Source: Blastocatellia bacterium
Lineage (GTDB): Bacteria; Acidobacteriota; Blastocatellia; UBA7656
Length of the DNA: 53,515 nucleotides
Direction: 5' to 3'
Assembly (NCBI GenBank): GCA_035558335.1
Contig: DATMCM010000399.1
Coordinates: 1-53,515 of the forward strand
Made by a program: the position numbers and the translations under genes. Shown piece by piece: positions 27,616-36,502 of this stretch. The notes below the pieces were generated by a model, which saw only the letters and a program-made list of their open reading frames with translations, did not search any database and had not been told where the DNA came from. Numbering within the stretch: the stretch's first letter is position 1; every line of letters starts with the position of its first letter.

Positions 27616-28808
27616 TTAGCGTGGCGTAATTCTCAAGATGCGTCCTCGGACTGGGTCGGCGACGTAGGCGGTTCCCCTGCCGTCGGCTACGACGCCCCGC
27701 GCGCCGGTGGTGGTCGGCACGACAGCAAGTCTGCTCAGGCCACCGTGGTTGTCAACCTGTGCGACTGTTAGCATCGCCGCCTTTGATGCGGCTGCATAAA
27801 GCGTTTGCTGAGTCTCCGCGTAATCGATGTTGTCGAGTCCATCTCCAGTCGAAATGGATCCGACAACTTGACCTCCGTGAGCCACGTCGAGAGACACGAC
27901 GCGGTCGGAACACGCGACGAAAAGAAAGCCCCGCGCTTTGTCCAGCGCGAGCCCGCGCGGTTCGTCACAGCCCGAGCGCCACCGCGAGACTATCTCGCGG
28001 CGGTGTAAGTCAATTGCGATCGTCGCTGCACTCTCCTCAAGATTCGTGTAGAACATGCCGCGTCGGTCGTCGACCGCATAGCCTTCGGCCGAACCGCCAA
28101 GCGAGAACTTTTTCTTTGGTTTAAGTTTCGTCGGGCTTGATGCGTCGAGAATCGTGATCGATTGATCCGGCGAGGCTATTCCAAGCGGTGGAGCACCCCT
28201 CGTCACCCATATCTCTTTAGTTGGTGCGACGTAGACAACACCATCGGGAGCTGCCGCGAGCCCATCGGACGGAGACGCAATGCGAATGCAGTCTCCGAGC
28301 TTGAGCGTCTCGGCATCGATTATGCAGATTGTCGAATCAGCCCGGTTGCCCACATACACAACCCCTTTGCCGATGCTGACAGAGGTTGGGCCCAAAGGAA
28401 CCGGCTTACCTCGTAACTCAAACTCCGCGGTGTGAAATCCGGTGATCTTCGTCATCTCGTCGGTCTTGCCATCGATTACGACGACGCCGGCCAGGTTGCC
28501 GGCTGGGACCCAAAGCCTTCGCGTCGACCGATCCCACGCGAGTAGTCGAGCGTCACGAGCCCATTCGCGCCCGGCAGTGATAGTTCTTTTGTGCTGAACT
28601 GGGGACTCGAGGGTTGCTCTGAACCGCGAGAAACCGGCACGCCCATGACCACGCCAATTCTCCCTAAGGCTCCGGCGTAACTCAAAGGCATGCTCGCAGC
28701 CAGGAAGAAGCAGCTCGCCGCTAGTGTGATTGCGATGAGCTGTCCAGGTCGCTGAATTTGACTAGAAGTAACCGTCTTATGACCCGTGCGTCGATAACTG
28801 TTTATCAT
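27616..28808 (-). pseudogene. YVTN/YncE-like beta-propeller protein interrupted by a frameshift (two ORFs 28476..28847 and 27616..28455)
   Basis: The upstream ORF carries the start (GGAGG plus 4 nt before ATG 28808), the signal peptide and ...SLPGANGLVTLDY. The reading frame of the downstream ORF stays open upstream of its Met and reads LLAWDRSTRRLWVPAGNLAGVVVIDGKTDEMTKITGF. Together they align with the intact paralog 29564..30595 (FDLPGPPGKRFDFLTIDYKHDYLLSAHLGAGLLYVIDLKTNKLVKAI). The frame switch is near 28538-28545. Confidence 0.7.
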
Positions 28809-29028
28809 GTATCCTCCAATTGTTTGAAGTAAGTCGGTCTTCCTCAAGCGCTCAAACGGTGCGCCTACTGAACATCATCGACAGCCTCGTCTCGATTGCT
28901 CGAAACGAACCCCCGGGCATCGCGGGACGATTGCGATTCTTGTCTCCCAATGGATTCGATACTTAAGTTAAGTGGGTCGTGTTCCGCACAAGCACCATGA
29001 AAAGCCCGAAACAATCCGTTCCGAGCCT

Positions 29029-29469
29029 CTAATCGATCTGCGCGAGTCTTAGTCGGCAATACTCGTACAAGGCGTCGTAAACGATGAACTGTTTTTCCAG
29101 AACCTCGCGATCGTTCTTCAGCCCCAGGTGCCTGAAGCCCTCCGCAATCGCTTTCAGACCAGGCGCTTCCGGCTCGCCATAAAGGTCGGTGCTTACATCT
29201 GCGCCGTGCACGATCCTGGAAAGAAGCTTGATAGCGGTGTCTTTGATTTCATATTTGTCCACGATGGCCTCGAAGCTACATTTCCCAGAATGATGGCCGA
29301 GTTCTACTCCGGTCACATCGAAGGGGGTTGCAGATTCGCGAGCCGACACCTCCATTACGTGCTCGGGCGGAACGAACAAGAATTCTGCCTCGGGATCAAC
29401 GAACTTTCTGATCAGCCAGGGACAGGCAACTCTGTCAACCTTCACTCGCTCTCGGGTCACCCATTTCAT
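29029..29469 (-). CDS. ChrB C-terminal (Chrome_Resist) domain protein
   Basis: 146-aa ORF, with GGAGG 10 nt upstream. WVTRERVKVDRVACPWLIRKFVDPEAEFLFV and PEAPGLKAIAEGFRHLG resemble the chromate-resistance ChrB C-terminal domain. Confidence 0.65.
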   Translation of the reverse strand: MKWVTRERVKVDRVACPWLIRKFVDPEAEFLFVPPEHVMEVSARESATPFDVTGVELGHHSGKCSFEAIVDKYEIKDTAIKLLSRIVHGADVSTDLYGEPEAPGLKAIAEGFRHLGLKNDREVLEKQFIVYDALYEYCRLRLAQID

Positions 29470-29563
29470 CTTCGTGATTCCTCCTTAGTTCGCCCACACG
29501 AATCGGCTCCTTCCAACGCCGGTCGTTAGATGAAGGCCGACTTCGGTTCCAGATAACGCGAAA

Positions 29564-30595
29564 TCAGTGCTGCTTCACTACGGCATCGTAGACAACCATT
29601 TTCGACACTGGACGGCCATCTTCCTGCTCTTCGGGCGTGTAGACGCGATGGGTCCTCACGTCCACTGCAAGGCTATGCACTTTCTTTTGAACTGGAAAAT
29701 CTTCGAGCTTGCTGAAGTGATTGGCGTCGTCTTCGTGAAAGACCGAAATAGCGCCGCTGGAACAAGCAACGTAGATGCGTTTCAATCCAGGATCGAATTT
29801 GACAACGTCTCCTCCAGCCGCGGTGGGCAAGTGAGCTATAGGTTTGTGAGCGTCAAGATCGAAGACAGTCATCACGTTGTTGCCTTCGCATTGAAGAAAC
29901 GCGCGATGATGTTCGGGATCGAGCGCCATCCCGTGATTGCCTTTGCATTCTCCGACGGGGTAACGTCCCTCCATTTTGTCGGTAGACGGATCGATAACGG
30001 CGAAGAGGTTTTGATCTTGCAGATTGACGTAGACCTTGCGCGCCACGGGGTCGTATTGCGGCATACCGGTCTCACTCTCAAAGTGCAGGGTGTTGATGAT
30101 CTTGTCTTCTCTTACGTCTACGATCGCCACGGCGCGCCCCCGCTCGTCTGACACGTAGAGTTTGTGATAGGGCTCGGCATAAGTGCTGCCATCAGGCTTA
30201 GCTTCGGTTGGAAGCTTCTTGACGACTTGCATCTTGTCGAGATCGACTACACCGATCTTGTTTTCATGCCAATTTGAAGTGTAGACCTTGTTCACGTCCG
30301 GAGCGTATTCGACACCCTCGATCCCCGGCACGTCGGGAATGGCCTTTACTAGCTTGTTGGTTTTGAGGTCTATGACGTAGAGAAGACCCGCGCCGAGGTG
30401 AGCCGAGAGTAAGTAATCATGCTTGTAATCGATGGTTAGAAAGTCGAACCTCTTGCCCGGCGGACCAGGCAGGTCGAAAGAGTCGACCTTCTGCAGTGTT
30501 TGGCTGGGTGCCGCGGGCGCAAAACAAATAAGTAACACAACGATCCACCAGGCTCTCGACAAATAGACGGACACAACCTTGAACATTGAAACCAT
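29564..30595 (-). CDS. exported YVTN/YncE-like beta-propeller repeat protein
   Basis: 343-aa ORF with GGAGAG plus 5 nt before the ATG and a signal peptide (WWIVVLLICFAPAAPSQ). Repeated ...KVYVxN / ...VIDxxTxKxV motifs are characteristic of 40-residue YVTN repeats. Confidence 0.8.
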   Translation of the reverse strand: MVSMFKVVSVYLSRAWWIVVLLICFAPAAPSQTLQKVDSFDLPGPPGKRFDFLTIDYKHDYLLSAHLGAGLLYVIDLKTNKLVKAIPDVPGIEGVEYAPDVNKVYTSNWHENKIGVVDLDKMQVVKKLPTEAKPDGSTYAEPYHKLYVSDERGRAVAIVDVREDKIINTLHFESETGMPQYDPVARKVYVNLQDQNLFAVIDPSTDKMEGRYPVGECKGNHGMALDPEHHRAFLQCEGNNVMTVFDLDAHKPIAHLPTAAGGDVVKFDPGLKRIYVACSSGAISVFHEDDANHFSKLEDFPVQKKVHSLAVDVRTHRVYTPEEQEDGRPVSKMVVYDAVVKQH

Positions 30596-30685
30596 CCCGG
30601 CTCTCCTTTTGGGGTAATCACTGATGTTGCGCTCCGTTTGCCCTTAGCGATCAAAATCGGCAAGATCCGTCATAATTCGGCGAAT

Positions 30686-30754
30686 CAGTGTCATCGGTGG
30701 TCTATGCGTTCGGAAATCAGTTTGCTAGTGCCCCATAGACCACGGATGACACTG
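30686..30754. repeat. 21-bp inverted repeat (20/21 complementary) with 27-nt spacer
   Basis: The arms are cagtgtcatcggtggtctatg and catagaccacggatgacactg. The flanks are partly complementary too. It lies between the SOD stop and the propeller start. Confidence 0.8.
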
Positions 30755-30800
30755 GCGCGACGGATTTGCGCGGATACCAACTTCGGAGCGTAGTTGGCCC

Positions 30801-31541
30801 TCACTTGCGTGCAAGCGATTCCTCAGCTCGACGGTTCGTCTCTTCCCACTTCACGTTTTGCATAAAGGCGTCAACGTACTTCGCCGCCGCCGCGCCGTAA
30901 TCCATGTGATAGGCGTGCTCATACATGTCCAGCACCAGCAGCGGGCGGCTCATCGGCGCGTTGTGCATATGATCCCAGGCCCAGTAGTTGTGAAGCTCGC
31001 TGGTATGCGCGTTGTAAGCGAGTATCGTCCAGCCCGAGCCTCCGCCTAGCGCATTCGCGGTCCTCTTGAACTCTGCCTCCCATTGTTCATAGCTGCCGAA
31101 CCATTGCTTGATCAGATCCAGCACCGTGCCCCCAGGCTTACCGTCGCCACCGAGGTTAGCAAAGTAGTATTCGTGAAGAACAACCGAACCAGTTCTGACC
31201 AGTTCTTCACGCTTGAGATCACCGTAGACGTAAGCAGGCAGGTCCTTGTCTTTCATCATCGCGTCAAGGCGCTGCTCGATAGCATTGAGCGCTTTGACCG
31301 CACCGCTGTAGTTGTTTTCGTGGTGTGAACGGATCAGCTTTTCGGAGATGCCCTTCAGCTTCGCCGCATCAAACGGCAATGGTCTGGGTTGATGTTCACC
31401 TCGAAAGGCTCGCGCAGCCTGAACAGCATTCGGCGCATTTGTACTTCCCACTGCATCTGAAACTGTCCGACTCGACAATGCGAGTCCCGCGATTCCGACT
31501 CCGATTCCTTTCATCGCATCTCTTCTCGTAGAAGTTTGCAT
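30801..31541 (-). CDS. Fe/Mn-family superoxide dismutase with twin-arginine (Tat) signal
   Basis: 246-aa ORF with Tat-like N-terminus [20 protein letters not shown]-terminal SOD signature: [17 protein letters not shown]-domain: [17 protein letters not shown]. Confidence 0.8.
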   Translation of the reverse strand: MQTSTRRDAMKGIGVGIAGLALSSRTVSDAVGSTNAPNAVQAARAFRGEHQPRPLPFDAAKLKGISEKLIRSHHENNYSGAVKALNAIEQRLDAMMKDKDLPAYVYGDLKREELVRTGSVVLHEYYFANLGGDGKPGGTVLDLIKQWFGSYEQWEAEFKRTANALGGGSGWTILAYNAHTSELHNYWAWDHMHNAPMSRPLLVLDMYEHAYHMDYGAAAAKYVDAFMQNVKWEETNRRAEESLARK

Positions 31542-31557
31542 TGGTTTCTCCTATGGG

Positions 31558-32298
31558 TTACCTGGCGCTCACGCGCAGATCGTCGAAGTAAGTCACCGAA
31601 TCGGCCTTAGTCCAGAGCCCGACTTTGCCGGCCTCTTTGAAAGTCTCATCGGTCGCATCGAATTTTTTCTCGTTGTCGTAGTAGCAGGTGATGTGGTCTC
31701 CGACGCACTCAACACGCAGTTCGTGCCACTCGCTCGAAGCGACTTTGACGTTAGCGCCGGCGAATTGGACTCGTCGGCCGTCGACCACATGATAAAGCCT
31801 GTAATTGTTCTCCAGCGCATTAGCGCGGACGATGTAATAGTTGTTCGCATCTTTCAACCGAAACACCATTCCGGCTGCTCGATCTACCTCGCCGGAGACC
31901 GCCTTGAACTTGACGCTCATCTCAAGATTTTGGAACGAGCCGTCGTCTGCGATGGCTAGCGGAAAGCGATAGTCGGTCTTGTCGGTCGAGATCTGCGCGA
32001 GCACGTTTGGCTGCGACGGCGCCGACGGATCGGCTTTCACAACCCACTGTCCCTTAGCGCCCTGGCCAGTTAGCGCGTCGTGAAACCTGGCAGGAATCTT
32101 GCCTGCAGCCTCAGTGTCAAAGCTGTAGAGGAACTCTTTGCCCGCTGACTGAACCGGGGCGGGCGCTTCAGGCACAACCTTGTTCTCTGGTCGAGGCGAT
32201 CCGTCTTCATCCCCGTCGTCTGCTCCACTCTTGCTGCAGGCGGCGACAACCAGCACCAACAGCGCCAATACGCTGAAGCTCAATTTGAGTCCGTTCAT
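31558..32298 (-). CDS. lipoprotein with DUF1080-like / concanavalin-type jelly-roll domain
   Basis: 246-aa ORF with lipobox LVVAAC/S. GMVFRLKDANNYYIVRANALENNYRLYHVVDGRR...WHELRVECVGDHITCYYD...GKVGLWTKADSVTYFDDLRV resembles DUF1080/LamG-like domains. Confidence 0.6.
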   Translation of the reverse strand: MNGLKLSFSVLALLVLVVAACSKSGADDGDEDGSPRPENKVVPEAPAPVQSAGKEFLYSFDTEAAGKIPARFHDALTGQGAKGQWVVKADPSAPSQPNVLAQISTDKTDYRFPLAIADDGSFQNLEMSVKFKAVSGEVDRAAGMVFRLKDANNYYIVRANALENNYRLYHVVDGRRVQFAGANVKVASSEWHELRVECVGDHITCYYDNEKKFDATDETFKEAGKVGLWTKADSVTYFDDLRVSAR

Positions 32299-32322
32299 GT
32301 TTCACCTCTTCGAGTGCCGGCT

Positions 32323-33750
32323 TTATGGCGACACCCTTGCCTGGCCGTTTTCCAGCGGAAGTTCCACTGTGAAACGGCTGCCCTTGCCATCGGCGCTTTC
32401 GACTCTCACGCGACCCTGGTGGGCTGTGCAGATTGATTTGACGATCGAGAGTCCAAGCCCCGCGCCACCCATCTGTCGCGAACGAGCTTTGTCGACGCGA
32501 TAGAAACGCTCAAAGACATGCGCGATTGCTTCAGAGGGAATTCCTACCCCGCTGTCGGCCACTTCGAGCACTGCGCTACCATTGAGCGCGCCAACGCTGA
32601 TCTCCACCTTGCCGCCTTCAGGCGTGTACTTGATCGCGTTGTCCACGAGGTTGACCACGATCTGCTTCACGCGGCCCTGGTCGCCCTCCACTTCAACAGG
32701 GCCGCTGGCGGCGCACTTCAACGCGATTTGCTTATCCTCAGCGAGAAGTCGCATTTGATCAGCCGTGTCCGTGACAAGTTCGTTGAGGTCGAATCGCTCG
32801 CGCGTCATCAGAGCTTCGCCTGCGTCGAGGCGCGAGATTGCCAGCAAGCTCTCGACGATCTTTGAGAGTCGTTCGGTTTCTTCAAGAGTGCTCCCAATCG
32901 TTTCGCGAAGGTCCAGTGGCAGGTCGGGCCGCTGAGCGATCCCTTCGAGTTCTCCACGCAAGACGGTGAGTGGAGTTCGCAGCTCGTGCGAGGCGTCCGC
33001 GCTGAATCGATTGACGTGCCGAAACGAGTGCTCGATTCGTGCAATCATTCGATTGAGCGCGATTGACAGTGCCTCAAGCTCGTCGCCGGTCTGGGCCTCG
33101 GGTAGTCGCTCGCTCAGATTGCGGGAAGTTATCTGTTCTGCAGTGCGAGTGATCTCGCCCACCGGCGCCAGCGCGCGTCTCATCACGACGTAACCGCCGG
33201 CAATCGCAACCGCGACAACAAGCGGCAATCCGACTGCAAACGTTAGAAGCAACCCGTGCAGGACGCTCTCGCTCTGCTTCAACGGTGCACCCGCCTCGAT
33301 CAGGAATCGGCTTCCATCACGCGAGACAAAAGGGAGCGCGCATATCATCAGCTCAGCGCCGCCTAACTGGCTCTCTACTCGCAAGGAAGTTTGCGTGTGG
33401 TCCGTTTCCGCTGCAGCTACGTTCTTTGGGTCGAAGCTACCGTCCTTGGGGAAACCGGACTCGTAGAGCGTGCTTCCGTTGCCTCGGGTCACACGGACGA
33501 AGATGCCGTTTAGTTCTGGCGCTAAGTGCTCCTTGATCTCGTCGGCAACATACTCCTCGCCACTTACGCCGATGTTGACTAACAACCGGTCGCCGATTTG
33601 CTGCGCTTCCTTTGTAAGCGAGTCCCTCAACGTGAGTTTGAGGTAGCGGCTGAGCCCGAGGTACACCGATGCGCCGAACAGCACGAGCAAGCCCGCAAGC
33701 AGGCTCGCGTACCAGACCGTCAAACGAAAGCGAATCGAGCGCCTATTCAT
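32323..33750 (-). CDS. two-component sensor histidine kinase, CusS/heavy-metal-sensor-like
   Basis: 475-aa ORF with two TM segments, HAMP, H-box RFSADASHELRTPLTVL and HATPase_c motifs (GGAGLGLSIV). Its ATG overlaps the regulator stop (ATGA at 33747-33750). Confidence 0.88.
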   Translation of the reverse strand: MNRRSIRFRLTVWYASLLAGLLVLFGASVYLGLSRYLKLTLRDSLTKEAQQIGDRLLVNIGVSGEEYVADEIKEHLAPELNGIFVRVTRGNGSTLYESGFPKDGSFDPKNVAAAETDHTQTSLRVESQLGGAELMICALPFVSRDGSRFLIEAGAPLKQSESVLHGLLLTFAVGLPLVVAVAIAGGYVVMRRALAPVGEITRTAEQITSRNLSERLPEAQTGDELEALSIALNRMIARIEHSFRHVNRFSADASHELRTPLTVLRGELEGIAQRPDLPLDLRETIGSTLEETERLSKIVESLLAISRLDAGEALMTRERFDLNELVTDTADQMRLLAEDKQIALKCAASGPVEVEGDQGRVKQIVVNLVDNAIKYTPEGGKVEISVGALNGSAVLEVADSGVGIPSEAIAHVFERFYRVDKARSRQMGGAGLGLSIVKSICTAHQGRVRVESADGKGSRFTVELPLENGQARVSP

Positions 33751-34427
33751 GAGTCCGCCTCGTCGCTTATCTTGTATCCGACTCCGCGCACGGTGTGGAT
33801 CAGCTTCTCTTCGCGACAGTCATCCACCTTGCTGCGCAGGTGTCGAACGTAAACGTCTACAATGTTGGAAGCTCCGTCGAAGCTCTGATCCCACACGTGG
33901 TCGATGATCATCGTCCGCGACAGCACCCGCCCGGCGTTGGCCATCAAGTACTCGAGCAAAGCGTACTCTTTTGCAGTAAGTTCGATGCGCTTGCTTGCGC
34001 GCCTGACCTGTTGCGAGAGGCGATCGAGTTCCAAATTTGCCACCCGCAGAACGCTTGGGCGATCAACCGAACCGCGCCTCAGCAGCGCTTTGATCCGCGC
34101 CAGCAGTTCGGCAAAGGCGAACGGCTTGGTCAAATAGTCGTCGGCACCTGCCTCAAGGTGTTCAACCTTGTCGACTAAAGCGTCTCTTGCCGTCAGCATC
34201 AAGATCGGCACGCGATGATCTGCGCGGCGAACCCTGCGAAGCAACTCTGTACCGCTCAGGCCGGGTAGCATCAAGTCCAAAACGATCAAATCATAGTCAT
34301 ATGTAGTCGCGAGTTCCCATCCGGTCAGGCCGTCGATGGCGGCATCGACCGCAAAGCTTTCCGCGGTCAGGCCGCGCACTATGAACCGCGAGACCTTTTC
34401 TTCATCCTCGACGAGCAAGATGCGCAT
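33747..34427 (-). CDS. OmpR-family response regulator, CusR-like
   Basis: 226-aa ORF with receiver (MRILLVEDE...DLIVLDLMLPG) and a winged-helix trans_reg_C domain (LTAKEYALLEYL...IHTVRGVGYK). Confidence 0.92.
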   Translation of the reverse strand: MRILLVEDEEKVSRFIVRGLTAESFAVDAAIDGLTGWELATTYDYDLIVLDLMLPGLSGTELLRRVRRADHRVPILMLTARDALVDKVEHLEAGADDYLTKPFAFAELLARIKALLRRGSVDRPSVLRVANLELDRLSQQVRRASKRIELTAKEYALLEYLMANAGRVLSRTMIIDHVWDQSFDGASNIVDVYVRHLRSKVDDCREEKLIHTVRGVGYKISDEADS

Positions 34428-34472
34428 GAACTCCTTCTTTCCGCGAAGCTAGCACTCTCAGATTAATTGAAA

Positions 34473-34488
34473 ATGAAGCCCGGATGAA
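34473..34488. promoter_or_regulatory. direct repeat ATGAA-N6-ATGAA (11-bp phasing) in the divergent promoter region; candidate OmpR-family binding site
   Basis: The sequence aATGAAgcccggATGAAat sits between the CusR-like gene start (34427) and the amidohydrolase cluster. Confidence 0.3.
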
Positions 34489-34543
34489 ATCTTATTCAGA
34501 ATCGAATCTGAGCGCGTACCTCGGCCGGCTGATCCTGCGTGCC

Positions 34544-34571
34544 TTGCCTACCTCTGACATTTTGCTATAGA
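34544..34571 (+). promoter_or_regulatory. candidate sigma-70 promoter of the amidohydrolase cluster
   Basis: TTGCCT - 16 nt - TATAGA. Confidence 0.35.
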
Positions 34572-34668
34572 TTATGCGGCGCTACAGTGGACCATCGGAG
34601 CGATGTTTCGTCTGGGACGTAACGCCATCACTTCTCACATCATTGCTTTCACAATGCAGGAGGCCAGA

Positions 34669-36405
34669 ATGGCAAATGCCAATCGGTCGCGCCGGAGCAC
34701 TTCGTTCATCGCGCACGCAACTCGAGTCAGCAGACTTGTGACGTTTGTCTTTATCGCCGGCGGACTGCTCGCGATGTTGATTCACGCACCGGTAGCCCGC
34801 ATGGAAGCACCCGCCGTCTATGCGATCAAAGACGCTCAGATCGTGACCGGAGCTGGCAGGACCATCGCGAAAGGCACCGTTGTGTTCCGAGACGGCTTGA
34901 TCACCGAAGTCGGCGAGAACGTCAAGATTCCGGCGGACGCAAGGATCATCGACGGCACGGGAATGACCGTCTATCCAGGACTGATCGACTGCTATACCAG
35001 CCTCGGACTTGCTGCGCCCGCCCAGCCTCAAGCTACGACGGGAGCCGGCGGCAGGCAAGCCGCGATTGCCGCCGCGGCAGCCGGTCAAACGCCTCCGCCT
35101 GAAGCACGCCTCGGCGACCCCTCGTCATCGGCCGCCGATCAAGTTAAGCCGGGCACAACCTTTGAAGATGCCCGTTCGGTTGGGGTCACTGCCGCGCTGA
35201 GCAGTCCTCGCCAGGGGATATTCGCTGGCCAAAGCGCGCTGATCAACCTGGCGGGCGAAGAGGCTTCAAAGATCGTAGTTCGCGCGCCGGTGGCGTTGAC
35301 CGTCCAATTCAGCGCCGGCGGAGGATTCGGGGGCGGATATCCAGGCTCGCTGATGGGGACTGTCGCCTACATCCGACAGTCGTTCTACGATGCCATTCAC
35401 TATCGGGAAGAGATAGATCGCTACAAGCGAGTGAAGCGCGGCGTGAACCGGCCGGATTATGAAAAGAGGCTTGCGGCTTTGCAGCCGGCGATCAACGGGG
35501 AACTGCCGGTGCTCTTCGTGGCGAATAGCGACGGTGACATTCGCCGCGCATTGATGATCGCCGATGAGTTCAAGCTGAAGGCCATCATCGCAGGCGCACT
35601 GTACGGCTATCGAGTTGCCGATCTGCTCAAGGCCAAAGGCGTTCCGGTGATCCTTTCAGTAGATTTTCCAAAGCGCCCGGCAGATCTCCCGGATGATGAA
35701 GACGAAACGCTGCGCGTGCTGAGACAGCGCGAGGAAGCGCCGAAAGGCGCAGCGAAGCTGGCGCAGGCTGGGGTGAAGTTCGCGTTCACCGCCGGGTCGC
35801 TTCGGCCACAAGACTTCATAGCCAACGTCCAAAAGGCTGTCGAAAACGGGCTGTCGAAGGATGAAGCTCTGCGCGCGCTGACGATTAACGGAGCCGAGAT
35901 CCTGGGCGCGGCGGATCAACTCGGGACGATCGAGGTCGGTAAGATCGCTAACGTCGTCGTCGCAAGCGGGGATCTTCTGGCGAAGGACACCAAGGTCCGG
36001 CACGTCTTCATCGATGGCAACGAGATCGAATTGAAGAAGCCTGAACCCGCGGCCCCGCGAGGCGGAGGGGGCGGGCGTCCGGGCGGCGCAGCGGGCCCGG
36101 CAGTTGATCCGTCCGGGAGTTGGTCGCTTTTGGTCCAGTCGCCGCAGGGAGAGATTGCGGCTCAGTTAACTCTTACAAAGGATGGCGAGCAGATTACGGG
36201 GACGCTGGGCACGCCGATGGGAAACGTCGCGATCAAGAGCGGTAGGATGAATGGAAACCAGATCCGGTTGACCGCAACCATCGACATGGGCGGTCAATCT
36301 GTTGAGGCAATCATAAGCGGCACGATAGAAGGTGATTCAATGCACGGCGCTATGGTGATGGGCGCGATGGGTTCGTTTGATTTTACCGGCTCGCGGCCCA
36401 GGTGA
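34669..36405 (+). CDS. exported amidohydrolase-fold protein lacking metal ligands (paralog A) with extra C-terminal domain
   Basis: ORF 34603..36405. AGGAGG plus 5 nt precedes ATG 34669, and there is a signal/anchor [21 protein letters not shown]. It has the amidohydrolase N-terminal beta-sandwich pattern ([11 protein letters not shown]...[12 protein letters not shown]...[15 protein letters not shown]), but DCYTSLG replaces HxH. A Gly-rich linker ([12 protein letters not shown]) leads to a ~110-aa extra domain. Confidence 0.8.
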   Translation: MANANRSRRSTSFIAHATRVSRLVTFVFIAGGLLAMLIHAPVARMEAPAVYAIKDAQIVTGAGRTIAKGTVVFRDGLITEVGENVKIPADARIIDGTGMTVYPGLIDCYTSLGLAAPAQPQATTGAGGRQAAIAAAAAGQTPPPEARLGDPSSSAADQVKPGTTFEDARSVGVTAALSSPRQGIFAGQSALINLAGEEASKIVVRAPVALTVQFSAGGGFGGGYPGSLMGTVAYIRQSFYDAIHYREEIDRYKRVKRGVNRPDYEKRLAALQPAINGELPVLFVANSDGDIRRALMIADEFKLKAIIAGALYGYRVADLLKAKGVPVILSVDFPKRPADLPDDEDETLRVLRQREEAPKGAAKLAQAGVKFAFTAGSLRPQDFIANVQKAVENGLSKDEALRALTINGAEILGAADQLGTIEVGKIANVVVASGDLLAKDTKVRHVFIDGNEIELKKPEPAAPRGGGGGRPGGAAGPAVDPSGSWSLLVQSPQGEIAAQLTLTKDGEQITGTLGTPMGNVAIKSGRMNGNQIRLTATIDMGGQSVEAIISGTIEGDSMHGAMVMGAMGSFDFTGSRPR

Positions 36406-36409
36406 CCGA

Positions 36410-36494
36410 GATTGCCGACTGCCGATTTCCGATTGCCGATTGTGGATTGGCAGACGGGTGAATCGGCAATTGGAAATCGGAAATCGAAATTTGG
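36410..36494. repeat. palindromic element built from tandem heptamers (CCGATTN)n ... (NAATCGG)n
   Basis: ccgatttccgattgccgatt (36422-36441) pairs with aatcggcaattggaaatcgg (36461-36480) at 19 of 20 positions. Further degenerate heptamers lie on both flanks. The element fills the gap between amidohydrolase paralogs A and B. Confidence 0.8.
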
Positions 36495-36502
36495 ATGGGG
36501 GA

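Noticed and set aside
28865-29059. 64-aa minus-strand ORF between the ChrB-domain gene and the frameshifted propeller
   Set aside because: It overlaps the 3' end of the ChrB-domain gene by 31 nt in another frame, and it has no RBS and no motif.
36410-36494. CRISPR-like or tandem-repeat array
   Set aside because: The repeat unit is only 7 nt and has no spacers. The two halves are mutually complementary, forming a palindrome, and no cas genes are present.
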